Source of the DNA: Cenococcum geophilum
Lineage: Eukaryota
Direction of reading: 5' to 3'
Length of the DNA: 64,000 nucleotides
Assembly: GCA_050273025.1 (NCBI GenBank)
Contig: CP158635.1
Span: 14,818,001-14,882,000, forward strand
Position 1 is the stretch's first letter. Every line of letters starts with the position of its first letter. The notes beneath the pieces are model-generated. The model did not search any database. It was not told where the DNA came from and was given only the letters and a program-made list of their open reading frames with translations. Shown here one piece after another: positions 13,697-26,968 of the stretch. A program made the translations under genes and the position numbers.

Positions 13697-16600
13697 TGTT
13701 ACGGCACTAACCTAATGCATACTGTTTTATACTATCTTGTACTGTTTCCTACTATTAGCTAGCCTACCACTAGTACCTTAGCGGCCGGCCCTACTATTTA
13801 TATACAATACCCCCTTTCCACCTTCTTCTCCTCTTTATACCACAACGTAGTTATTTAGTCTACTTTATTACAGCACTGTAATAGTTTGTGGTATCTTTAA
13901 TTGCACCCTATTATAATCTTTATTTTTCCTAGTTTACTATCTCCGTTTTCCTAGTATAATCGCGACCCGGCATAACTAATAACACCATACTATAGTTCTA
14001 GACAATCTTAGCACAGTTTTAGTATAGCCTTAGTACAGTCTTAGCAATCTTAGTATTATAGTTAGCCTTATAGATTCCGATTGCCTTACCTAGATCTCCT
14101 AGAATAGGCGACCATAATATAGATAACGTCCCGCTAACGAACCCTCGCGAAGCGCTCGCCTACCTCCTTAATACCTCCTATACTAATATCGCCTAGGTAA
14201 TTAGGAACGGTTCTAAATACCTAAAGGACCTTAATGTAGCAGGAACCTTTTAATAACTCTCTATATATGCAGCCTTTTTAACTAGTATTAAGAGCGGCCT
14301 TTAAGCCGTTTATAGTAAAGGCTAAGCTATAAAGTCCTAACTTAAAAAAGCTTAACACAGAATTAACTCCCTTAAGACACTTAAACTATATATTAAACAA
14401 TACGAATAGTAAGCCCTCGTATATACTAAGACTATATAAAACCTAAGCTCTTAGATTACTATACTTACTAAGACCATTACTAATAAGAACCCTACTACTA
14501 GCTCCCCTTTTTTAACTAAGCCCTATAGAAAAAAGCGTAAAGCAAAAAATCCAACCCCATTTAATGGCAAGGGATCACCAATTAAAAAGTAAGAAAAATT
14601 TAAAATATGGGAAATAAAAATCTAAGGCGTTTTCCGGAGGGATGTAAAGTGCTTTAAAACCCTAATAGACGAAATCCTCTATATATTAGATATGCTAATA
14701 GATAAAGCTTATAACTATATTAAACATAGCCTTAATATACTATATATATATACCTAAACAACCTAAGTAAATAGACCTTTTCTAACTAAGAGTTTATGTT
14801 TATATATATAAGAGAACACTATAAGACTATAGATATAACCTAAGCGGCTAAAAATAAGTTAGATACCTTAAGCTAAGGTAAGTATAACTACTGGTCCTAG
14901 AAAGCAAAGCTTAATAAGTTAATAATTAAAGTAAATAAGACCGAGGAACAAAAAGTGGATTTACTTAAAAAGAATATTTCCTCTAAGATAAAGGACCTAG
15001 CCTTTACCCTTAGCCGTAAAATCGGCGATGCTAACTATAAAGGCTAGAGTAAGCAGATGGATATATTTACTTATAACCTATAGAACCATGCCCACTATAC
15101 TAAGTTAAATACCGCTAAGCTAAGTGCCGCTAGTAGCTATTAACCTATATTACTATAGAATAACCTAATAGACCTAAACGCCGTTAAGTTCAGCAGTAGT
15201 AGTAATAGCCTCCCTAATAACATCTAAAGATATTGTATAAATAATAGACTTTATATAGCGTGTAGTTAACCTAGCCACTAAAAAGATACTTACAACTCCC
15301 AGTAAAACCTAAATCCCCTTTTAATACCACTACGCTAACCCCCCTCTAGCCGCGGCGGATTCTTTAACAGAGGGGATAATAATTAAGGCGGTAACCGCGG
15401 ATAAGGATATAGGTTTAGATATAGAAACCTACCCCCGTAATTCCCTTCCCTAATATAGCCCTAGCTAATAGTCCCGTACGCAAACTATGGATAAATACTC
15501 CGTATTACTACTAACCGCGAGACCGACTATATTATTAGCGAAGTACCTCCTAGTATATATACACCGTTAGAGACCAATATGTTAGGATATACTAGCTAAG
15601 ACCACAGCTACCAGCCAAGCCCTATAACGCAGCCATTAAAAGGCTAACCTTTAGACTAAGTCGCCTTTAAGGGTTAAAACTATACGGGGAGGAGGATAAA
15701 AGGATTAGATTTATATTATTAGATTAATTAGACCTTATTCTAAGCCAGCTACTATTTAATCTTAGAACAGCAAATAATAATAAAAATTCTATCCTTATTT
15801 AGACTTACCTTTCCTTACTACGTAACCTACTCCTAGAAGTTCTTATTAAAATAGTAAGCCTTATTAATAGTAGTAGTACAGCACCAGCATTTGTAGATAA
15901 AGACTTACTTATAAAGAAGCACAATATTATAATAAAAAGACTCTTAGTCCTAAAACCACTCCGCCTTATTAATAGACTTCAATCTAGCTTTATTACCTAT
16001 TACTTTATAATAAAAATAACAATCGGCCATTTTATAGAATCTATACTTTTCTACGTTATAAAGTTATTACCCTTAATACTAGTAATTCTTAAAATGCCCT
16101 AGCTTAAAAAGCATAACCTAAGTATAAACTTCCCTGTTCTAGGGCTTAAGTTTAACTCTAATTACTATACCTATAACTGTCTCCTATAGTATATCCCTAA
16201 TTATAACTAAGTAGTACTATACGGACGTATTATATAGCCAACGCTTAGATACTATTAGCTAATAGTAGAAGAGGTACCTAACACTAGTAAGCTAATATAT
16301 ATAGTAAACAAAACAGAGATTCTAGAAGACTAGACTACCGCCCTACCCCTAAGAAATACCGCCCCGCCCCTAAGAATATAAACACCGCTAAAACTATAAG
16401 TCCCCTATATACACCTACTTAACCTAGGCCAGCTAATAAGATATCTAACTCTAAGTTATTTGCTATATGTATATATAACTACGCGTATAATAGCTAAAGG
16501 CGTTATAGCTAAGACTAAAACTAGAGCAATTAAGACCTCCCCCCTATAATGCCTAACCTTATATCTATCTCCCGCGTATACCATATAGAGCCGCTACTAT

Positions 16601-19600
16601 ATTTCCGCCCCCTAGGGCTAACTAAGCCGCGCTAGCCTAGCCGTAGTACTAAAGAACTAAATACGCCCCAAACTAAACGATATTAGATACACTTATACCG
16701 TTAATTTCACCTATTTCTATAAATAAAAAGGCGTAAAGGTAATAAGGATCTATATAGCGGAGCTAGTAGAACTAATTAAATAAGAAGAACACTAATAGCT
16801 GCTTAAAGAGCTGCCTATAGGCCTAATAGAAGTACCAAACCTATTAGAAAAGTCTTTCCGCTAGCTAGTAAAGGGCGACTATACAATAAAAAAAGCCCGT
16901 AAAGTGCTACCCCCTTATTTTTATAATTTCCTTAAGATAAACCTAAAAACTAAGCCTTAGTCTCTACGTCAGAAGATAGTTAATACTAATATTAAAAAAT
17001 TCCTAAAAGGCAAACTAGGATTAACCTGTAAAGACATTTTATAACGCTTATTAAAGGAGTTCCGCGAATATATTAAGCACTTTCTCCCTAAAAATGTAGA
17101 TAAGCTACCCCCTTACCAACTATAGGACTATAAAATTAAAATTATCCCTAGAAACTAGGCCCCGTACTATAAAAACAGACTACTCTTACCTGCTAAACTT
17201 AAGTATGTAAAAAAGTGGATTAATAAAATACTAGATAAGGGTTTTATCTATAAATTAACCTTACTAGCTGCCGTACTACTCCTCCTCGCTGCTAAGCCTG
17301 GTGGTAGTATATAAATCTACTATAACTACTAAGGCCTAAATATAGTTACTATTAAAAATCGGTACCTACTACTACTAATCCGTAAGACACTTAACGCACT
17401 TTATAGTGCTAAGTACTTTACTAAACTTAATATAATTGCTGCGTTTAACTAAATCCGGATTGCGGAGGGCTATAAGTAGCTTATAGTATTTATTACCTAG
17501 TTTAGACTCTATAAGATACTAGTTATACTATTTAGCCTCTATAATTCACCCGCTATATTCTAGAACTATATTAATTATATCTTATATAACGCCCTTAATA
17601 ACTACTATACTGCCTACCTTAATAATATTCTTATCTTTTCTAAAACACGCACCAAGCATACTAAGTATGTAAATAAAGTTATCCGAAGACTTGGTAATAC
17701 CAGACTTTAGATTAATATTAATAAGTCTAAGTTCTACTCTACTAAAACAAAATACCTTAGCTTAATTATCTTAATTAATGGCATAACTATGGACCCTAAG
17801 AAGGCATAGGCCTTACAGGAATAAAAGGACCTAATATTAATTAAAGAACTATAATAATTTCTTAGCTTTATAAACTTCTACTAATAATTTATTTAAGGTT
17901 ACTCTGCCGTTGCTATACCTATAATAAAACTCCTAAAGAAGGATATTGGATGGCTATAGGGACTAGAATAAGCCAAATCGTTTAAGGCCCTTAAGGGAGC
18001 CTTTACCTTAGTACTAGTACTAGCATACTATAACTATATAAAGAAGACAGTGGTAGAGATAGACGTATTAAATTAGGCTTCTAGCGGAGTCCTTTCCTAG
18101 TATAATAATAACGGTAAATTAAAACCGATTGCTTTCTTCTCCGTAAAGCACTCTACGCTAGAGTATAACTATAAGATCTACGATAGAGAGCTCTTAGCTA
18201 TTATTAAGGCTTTAGAGGAATAGTATCCTGAGCTATAAGGGACTAAGGAGCTATTTAAAATTATTACTAACCATAAAAACCTATAGACATTTATAACTAC
18301 TAAGCAGCTAAATTAATGCTAAGTCTAGTAGGTAGAGTTCCTTTTATAGTTTAACTTTGTAATTATATATAGACCTAGTAGCAAAGCCACGCTTCTTAAT
18401 GCCTTAAGCTAGCTACTAGGAATAAGGCCTAAGGACGCTAATAATAAACGCCTCTACTACCGAGCCTAAGTCATTATACCGCCCTAGAAAATTAACCCTA
18501 TAATCTTAAAAGAATTGCTATATAAGTTCTATAACTCTAATAATACGGAGTTTATAGCCGCTCTAGACCTTAAAATAGCTAAAAAGTTACTAAATAAGTT
18601 AATCTAGTTGGGATACCAGGAGAATAAACTTATAAGAGATATAGTAGCGGCCCTACGTAATTGGAAAGCTCGCCGTTAGCTAAAAAAGATTAGGAAATTA
18701 CTCTATTATAATAAGTTAGAATACAGTATCGTTAATAAACAGATCTACTTCCACCAATATCTCTTTATCCCTAACGCCCTAGACCTCTACCTAGAAGTTA
18801 TTTATTACTCTTATAGCAGCAGCCCCGCTAATTACCCTAGCCGGGATAAAACCCTTAACCTCTTAAACTAAATATACTAGTAGCTAGGAATCTCCTAATT
18901 TACGGCTACCTTCGTTAAAGACTATACCCTATACTTTCGTACTAAGACCCCCTGTTTTACCCCGCCCGGTTTTCTAAAGCTATTAAAACTACCCGCTTAC
19001 CTATAAACTAATATTTTAATTAACTATATTATAACGCTACTGGTATATTAACGCCATGGTAAGGCATATAAATATATCCTTATTATTATAGACCGCCTAA
19101 CTAAAATATAATACCTTGTTTTAGTAACAGGACTCTTAATAAAGGAGCTAGTTAACGGCTTTATTAATAATATATATAAGCTCTATAGTGTACTAAGTAT
19201 AATTATTTCCAATCGCGGTATATAATTTATTAGCGACTTTTAGTAACGTAATCCACTAGCAAGCGGCCCACCCTACTAAGTGGCCCACTCCAAAAACCAC
19301 CAAAAAACACAAAAATCGTTCTTTAATATCTTAATAACAGCTTAATAATAAATTTTAAAATTTTAAAATTAGACTCTTCTACCTATTTTAAGACCTTTAT
19401 TAAAGTTTTAAAGTAATTTAATAAGTGGTTCTTAAGATATAATAATTAAACTTAAATTTAAGAGCTAAATCTTAATAAATCTTAATATATTAATAATAGC
19501 TAAACCAATTACTCTAAAACTTTAATAGAGGTCTTAAAGTAAGTTTAAACGTCTAATTATAATTTTTTATAATTTATTATTAAGCTGTTGTTAAGATATT

Positions 19601-21123
19601 TAAGAGCGATTTTTGGGTTTTTTTGTGGTTTTTGGAGTGGGCCACTTGGTGGGGGTGGGCCGCTTACTGGTGGATTACGTTAATAACTAAGTAAACGCCT
19701 TAAGATAACCTTAAGACTAAGTTTAGCCTAGTACCCAGAAACAGATGGCTAAACTAAAATTATTAACGCTGCTATAAATAAGTACCTTTGTGCTTTTATT
19801 AGCTTTATATAGGACAACTAGGTTAACTACCTACCGCTTACTAAGTTTACTATAAATAACTAAGTTAATAAGAGCATAGGCATCTCCCCGTTTTTTGCAA
19901 ACTATAGCTTTAACCCTCGCCTTAGAATCGAGCCTACTAGCCCCCGCCTACTAACACTATTAGTATAAGTAAAGAAGGAGTTCTTCCGCGTAGACTTTGT
20001 GGCTAACTGCTTTAAGCGGATATTAATATAGCTTAAGGCCCTAGCCTAGATTTTATAGTAGCGCTATAAAGATAACGCTAATACCTATAGGGATAAGAGC
20101 GCGTTATTCTATAAAGGCGATATAGTTATAGTTAGCTTAAAAAATATAAAGATAAATAAACCTAAAAAGAAATGGGATAATAAATAGGACGGCCTGTACC
20201 CCGTACTTATAGTATACTAAGGGGTAGTTATAGTAGACCTCCCGGACTATATCTAAGTAAATAAATCCTTCTATATATCTAAGGTCCGCCTTTAGGTTGC
20301 TAAAAAGATCCCTAGCTAAGTAAATATTAATACTATAAAGCGCCGCAATATATAAGGACAAGTAGTAGAGAGAGATAATAACGGTAATATAGAAAATAAA
20401 TAGGAGTTTAAGAAAATCCTTAATATATATAACGAAGACCCCTAAGGCCTAATTTATAAAATTAAATAGAAATATTATAAGGATATAACCTAGCAGCTAG
20501 AAGAAGACCTAAAGGGTTATAAATAGGCTATATAGCGCTTCTATAAGCAATACCTTAAGAAGCTAAAACCCCTAGATTAGGCACAAGATAAGGAAAAGTT
20601 ACGCTAAGGTTATAGCCAACCACCGTATTAAAATTTGTAGTAGTTAAGATATTATAGAACTTTAACCGGCGGTTAAAGTTGTTTAATTAGCTAGATTCTT
20701 ACTAAGAAACGCTATACGGACCGATTTAGGTGGTAGTATAAAGTTCTGCCAACCTTACTTACTAAACTAACTAATTAGGATTTTCTATGCCCGGTACAGA
20801 AAATCGCTATTAGCTTAGTTAAGGGTAGTAAGTAGAACTAATATCTTTGCGGTAAAAAACTGGCGACCCTAAATATTGCCTATTTTAGAGTTATTTATTT
20901 AGTTTAGAGACCAAACCATTTAGGGGAGAGGAGTACTGTTACGGCACTAACCTAACGCATACTGTTTTATACTATCTTATACTATTTCCTACTATTAGCT
21001 AGCCCACTACTAGTACCTTAGCGGCCGGCCCTACTATTTATATATAATACCCCCTTTCTACCTTCTTCTCCTCTTTATACTATAACGTAGTTATTTAGTC
21101 TACTTTATTATAGTACTATAATA
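13697..21123 (+). mobile_element. Full-length Ty3/Gypsy chromovirus LTR retrotransposon, RIP-inactivated
   Basis: 187-bp LTRs at 13697-13883 and 20937-21123, TSD ATAAC (13692-13696, 21124-21128) and PPT TAGGGGAGAGGAG before the 3' LTR. Degenerate gag (~14.1-15.6 kb), RT YLNNIL (from YLDD, ~17615), RNase H, integrase and chromodomain (~20400-20580). Confidence 0.95.
19246..19680. mobile_element. MITE of the Tc1/mariner Fot1-pogo group (435 bp), inserted in the Gypsy integrase
   Basis: TA TSD on both sides. Long TIRs ACGTAATCCAC...GTGGATTACGT extend over 100 bp, and the element is non-coding. The termini resemble Aspergillus Tan1/Vader TIRs. Confidence 0.92.
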
Positions 21124-21554
21124 ATAACAGACAACCTTAAATCGCTAATAGAGTATATCCGCCTCGTCTTTCTAAGCTATTCCGTTCTTATGTTACTTAC
21201 GCCAATATAGGCTTTACTTCTTAGCAGTTTAATAGTGCCGAGACGAGTTATTTTATATAATTAGAGGCGCAGATATAATTAAAGACTACTTTTATAGGGA
21301 TAGAGCTCCTTATAGTTAACTATATTAGGATATATTTAATAACTTTTTAAAAAAGGAGGTATATGTAAGTGGTTTACCTACCTTATATCTTATTTATAGA
21401 TTAGGCCTTTTTAGAGGGAATACTTAGCTAGGGGTTTTAAAAGTAAAGCGGTTTATCTAAGTTCTGGGAAATAATTAGATAAGTAATTAGATAGTGCATA
21501 ACGTTAGAGCGGTAAAGCTAGCTAAAAGCTAGTAGAAAGGAATAATACTTAAAT

Positions 21555-21905
21555 TAAACTGGTATAAAGGGAGTTACTTAGTTATAACTGGTATAAAAAA
21601 TAGACTGGTATATTTTTAGTGTTGGATTTAGACTAGTATAAAGGGAGTTACTTAGTTATAACTGGTATAAAAAATGAACTGGTATATTTTTAGTGCTAAA
21701 TTAGACTAGTACGAAGAGTTTACTGTAGATTAGTAATACGTTATTAGAAGGATAAGGACTAGTACTATAAACCTACTAGTAAAAAAAGTGTACTAGTATA
21801 TAAGACTAGTAGTTTCGTACTAGTCTAAAAATTGTACTGTTTTATATACCGTTTACACCTACGTACTAATACATTCTACACGCCAGTCTATATTATATAC
21901 TAGTT
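21555..21905. repeat. Cluster of ACT(G/A)GTA motifs with a ~73-bp direct duplication
   Basis: ACTGGTATAAAGGGAGTTACTTAGTTATAACTGGTATAAAAAA occurs twice (~21558, ~21631), with many further ACTAGTA copies. Confidence 0.7.
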
Positions 21906-22819
21906 TAATAACTTCTAAAGATAGCAATAGAGCTATAAATGATTCTTTCTACAAATATAGGCTCTAACGACAATAAGACTAAAAATAATCCGCTTTAAAT
22001 TAAGATTAAGGTTAGGAGCGGGGTAATTATACTTAGAAAAAATACACTATATTATAATCTAGTATTTAGCATAAGCGGCAAATACTAGAGTATCTGCGTT
22101 GCTGCTTGCGCTAATCTAGTTATAGGTTAGTAGTAGATAATGCGGGCCATCGCGAGATATTAGTAAATAATTTGCACTAATATATATGTGACTAAAGCTG
22201 TTGCCTAACTGCCTAGATTACGTGTATATTAAAGACTTAGCTAAGCTAATAAGATAACTATAAGAGGACTTTGTAGGCAGGGGGCTATAAAGGCACGATT
22301 ATAGAATAAAAGAGATTAGAGAGGAGACAAATTCTTAAAGAGGTGAGGCCTCTAGGATTAAGGAGAACTATATATACTATGGGCATGTATATCCGTTACG
22401 TAACTAATAACCTTCTAAGGGCTACCCTAAGGGCTTTCTAAGGTTACTATAATAATATTATAACAATCCACCTAGTGTAGAAACGAAGTAATAGAATAAC
22501 GTAATTCCGGTTTATAGTTACTATATTTGCCAAGACCAAACTAGTATAATATAGGTTTAGGTAGGGCATCCTAAGGGATATTTCTTTTTAGGATAGCCCA
22601 AAATTAACTTAGTAAAGACTCTTATAGAGATCTCTAAATTACTATAACTTAGCTAAGAGTTGCATTATAATTAAAGTATTTTTATAAAAGTAAAGTAATG
22701 TAAATACTAATTAAATAGTATACTTTCTTGTAAACCTATATGCAAAACCCGCAAGTAAAATATATAGGCTAAATGCTAACTATTTAGAGACGGCTACTAA
22801 AAACCGGCTAAAGGCATAT

Positions 22820-23110
22820 CGCTATAGGCACCTACTATTATGGGTACTCCCTAATATTATAGGTGTTCCCCGTTACTATAGGTACTGCTACTTATAGGTA
22901 CTCTCCTTTATTACGGGTACTCCTTATTTTCGTAGGTACTTTTTATTATAGTAGGTACTCCTTATTATTGTGGGTACTCCTTACTATTAGAAGCACTCCC
23001 TATTATAGGTACTCCCTTTTATTATAGGTGCTCCCCGTAATTATAGGTACTTATTAATATCGTGGGTACTTATTAATATTATAGGTACTTATTAATACTA
23101 TAGGTACACC
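22820..23110. repeat. Degenerate ~19-bp tandem array (core GGGTACTCC / TAGGTACT)
   Basis: More than 12 recognisable units. Confidence 0.85.
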
Positions 23111-23155
23111 AAGTGCACTAAGTGCTAGCTTTTTACAGCTGCTTACTTTAGACTT

Positions 23156-23500
23156 AAACCCGCCCTAAGCTTAGTATATTCCTCTATTAAGTTAATAGCT
23201 AACCCCGGCGTCTTTAGTTGTTATAGCTTATAAGCAAACCCGCCCTAAGCTTAGTATATTTCTCTATTAAGTTAATAGCTAACCCTAGTGTCTCTGGTTA
23301 GTATAGTATGTAAGTAAACCCGCCCTAAGCTTAGTATATTCCTCTGTTAAGTTAATAGCTAACCTTAGTATCTTTGGTTGTTATAGCTTATAAGTAAACC
23401 TGCCCTAAGCTTAATATATTCCTCCGTTAAGTTAATAGCTAACCCTAATATCTCTAGTTGGTATAGGATGTAAGTAAACCTACCCTAAGCTTGGTATAAC
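23156..23500. repeat. 80-bp tandem array, 4 copies plus a partial
   Basis: Units start AAACCCGCCCTAAGCTTAG at 23156, 23236, 23316, 23396 and 23476. Confidence 0.95.
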
Positions 23501-23549
23501 CTAATTTTAGGACCCTTTATTTTTAGCTAACCGTAGTTAGGGGATCCTA

Positions 23550-24080
23550 GTTACGTTTAGAGAATAGCTATATCTAGAGAATTATCGGATGCCTAATTGG
23601 CCTAAAATGACCGGTCCTCTTAGTAGCGCTAAATAGGAGAACTATGTCTGGAGAACTATGTTTGGAGAATTATCGGATGCCTAATTGGCCTAAAATAACC
23701 GGTCCTCTTGGCAGCGCTAAATAGGAAAACTATGTCTGGAGAACTATATTTGAAGAACAGCTACGTCTAGAGAATAGCCACGTCTGGAGAATAGCTATGT
23801 AGAGGGTAGCTATGTCTAGAGAACAGCTACTAGAGAACAGCTATATAGAGGGCAGCTATATCTAGAGAACAGCCACTAGAGAATAGCTACTGGAGAATAG
23901 CTACTAGAGAATAGCTACTAGAGAATAGCTACGTCTAAAGAACAGCTACGTTTAGAGAATAGTTATATCTAGAGAGTAAGAACGCTACGTCTAATAGCTA
24001 TATCTAGAATAGCTACGTCTAGAGTAGTTACGTTTAGAGAATAACTAGTCTGACAAACGGTTATATTTGGAGAATAATAG
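23550..24080. repeat. 13-17-bp array (TCTGGAGAACAGCTACG-like) with an embedded 88-bp duplication
   Basis: Many GAGAA(C/T)AGCTA units. ATTATCGGATGCCTAATTGGCC occurs at 23581 and 23669. Confidence 0.9.
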
Positions 24081-25104
24081 TCTGCAGAAAGTTATAACTA
24101 GTCTAAATTTTACCTATTTTACCTTCTTTCTACCGCGCCTAATATATCTTATTACTATAGATTTAAACGCGGTACTTTTGTTAATATAGCCTTAAGAAGA
24201 AGTTTATAAAGCGCCTCTAAAGGTAAGTGTAATATAAAATCTATAATCTAATATAATTAAGATAGTAGAGGTTTTGTATAGAACATAATTAGCAATTTAA
24301 AACGCCTATAGATAAAACCTTTATAGCATCTAGAGCTGCTTTAGCACTCTCTTTTATAGTTAAGCTCTATTAAGAATTAAGTATGAGGATACTTTGTATA
24401 CGAGATATAAGGGCGTTACTTGCGAGACATAATCTATAGTTTAGCGCTAGACTTTTAGAGGAAGGACTTTTACGGCTATTAGGACTTAGTATCTTCCGTT
24501 TTAAATAGAAATTAGTTAGAAAATCTAGCTCTAGGTAACTATTACGTAGATCTAATAGCTTACCTTAGTAAGCTTAGACCGTAGAATTAATTAGCGGATA
24601 TTGCTAACCTTTTTAGTTAAAAAGCTAATTCTATGGTGTGGGAACTGTAAAGCTTATTAACCTAAGTTTATAAGTAGTTTGTTACTTTTAGGTCCTAAAT
24701 TTTTAAACTCTAATTATAATTAACTACTCTATTATATTTTAAGCGGGTTTTTCTTCCTATAAATTATAAGTTTTCCCCCTATAACGGAGTAGTCTGCGTA
24801 GGCTAGGTTAGGATCCATATTAGATATTAATTAAAGAATATCTCTCTCTCTTTTATATTTTAAGTAGAGGGCTTTATATTAAAGCTCTGCAGTCTAAGTA
24901 TATACTATATTTATAACTAATATAATCTTAATTGCGAACTATAAAAGCTATATTAAAAGTCTTTAACCCAAAAGCCTTTATATTAAAAGCCTCTAAATAA
25001 GGGCCTATTAAGTATAAACTCGGGTTAAAATTTTTGTTAGTAGACCCCCAATAATCTATATATTGCTTTTGGTTTATCCCGCGTATAAGGGCAGATCTAA
25101 GCGA

Positions 25105-25245
25105 GCTAAGGGGAGACGAAGCCCTAGGGGAACGAAGCCCTGGGGGAATAGAGCCCTAGGGGAATAATCCCCTAGGGGCATAAAGCCTTAGGGGAATGGA
25201 GCCCTAGGGAATGGAACCGTAAGGGAGTGGAACCGTAAGGGCTTC
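25105..25245. repeat. ~17-bp tandem array (GGAACGAAGCCCTAGGG-like)
   Basis: About 8 degenerate units are visible. Confidence 0.85.
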
Positions 25246-26968
25246 CATAAATAGGCGAATCGCTGGGATTTATTTTCATCCTTAGCTTCTTAGCTTTTAA
25301 TTGGTTAGCACGCTTTGCTAAGCTTTACTAGCTTACGCTTTAATAAGCTACCCTACGCTGTTTTATGTAATTTATATCTAAGGCTACTACCTAGACTTAG
25401 AGAGAAAGAAAGAGGGGGATTAAGTAGGTTCTAAAAATTAAGTATTTAGTTTTAGGTGTAAATAAAGGGCTATTTTTAGCTTCTAAGAAGGTCCTAATTT
25501 TGGATGTTTTGAGAGCCCAAAATTAGGTCCTCTATTTTTAGGGTCTACTTAATTCCCCAAACCTTCTCGCTCCTATCTTTAACCTTTACTTTTCCTTTTA
25601 AGCAAATAGTGTAAAAATCCCCAATCCAGTGATAAAATTTCTGCATAGCTTTCCTATCCCACCAGTAAAGTTATTAAAAAAACGCCAAGCATCTATATAA
25701 TGTATCTCTTAACTAAGATAAGACGCCATACCAAATTTGTGGGGCTAGTGCTAATCCCTATGGACGACCCGCCTATGGGAGCGCCTGTACCTTTAATATA
25801 TATCCCGTTGACGAGGATATAGGTTAGGGATTTTAGTATAGTTTAGTTGACTTAGTAACCGCGCTAAGCTAAACGCCGAGCAGCGGAGGTAGTATATCAC
25901 CGCCATAACGCCATACTTAAGACCGTTTATTCTAACACTAACTACAGTTCCCCTATTTCCTCTATTCTTTAATCCTAGAAAGTAGACCCTTAATAAGAGG
26001 ATTTTCTAGGAGGTTAAAGCTACTAGGAGCTTTACCTTAGAAGCCTAAGGCTACTAAGAATTATCTAGGTAGAGCTTTTAAGAGGGCTCTTAGTCTAGGA
26101 GGGCTAATTCTAGGAGAGATGCGATTCTAAAAGAAACAATTATTCTATTATAGGGTGCTGTAGAACTCCTAAGAATATATTCTCTAAGAACCTAAGGTTT
26201 ACTACCTAGGAGATATAACCTTAGGATCCTTAGAGAGTGGGTATTTTAATAATCTAGTGGTGTAGCATCTATGTATATGCTGTGGCATTTTATATTAGGG
26301 TTTGGAGCTTTTAAGAGAATATACTTTCTAGAAGAGCTAGTTTTAGGAGATATACAATTCTAGGAAAATTGGTTATATAGCTCCTAAAAGCCTCTCTCCT
26401 ATAAGCATTTATCCTGCTCTAAATATATATATAGGAGTTTTATAGCGCCGTAAAACGGAATAATTATTTCTTCTAGGATTGCAGCCCTTCTAGGATTGGC
26501 TTTTTTAGACTAAGGGCCTTTTTAGAAGCTCTACATCCCTAAATCCCAAACTACCAACTTGTATTATATATTAATATATTTATCTTCACCTAGAAGACTA
26601 ATTCTCTTAGGAGCCTTGGGTTTCTAGAAGACTATTTCTAAAACTAAAGGCTTCTTAGAGCTTAATCCTAGGAGTTTAAGGCTACTAGGAGACCATTACT
26701 GGGATTTGACTACTACTTAGACTTAAAGGCTCCTTAGAAAATTAATCTTAGAAGCTAAAGGCTTTTAGGAGACTAAAAATAGAGCTCCTAATTTTGTTAT
26801 AAGGTTAAATATATTTTAAATTAGACCCTATTAGAGACTACCAAAAATAACCCCTACTAAAAATTACACCCCTACTAAAATCAAACCCCTCTCTCCCTAT
26901 TTCTCTTCTCCTAGCCCTACTAAACTTCCTAGTATAAATATACTTGTTTCCTAATAAAGATAGAAAGG

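Noticed and set aside
23156..23500. Regularly spaced repeats resembling a CRISPR array
   Set aside because: Whole units are repeated with no unique spacers, there are no cas genes, and the context is eukaryotic.
24150..24800. Possible small RIPped spliced gene on the plus strand
   Set aside because: It has a start-like codon run and a GTAAGT donor, but no recognisable domain and is too degenerate to support.
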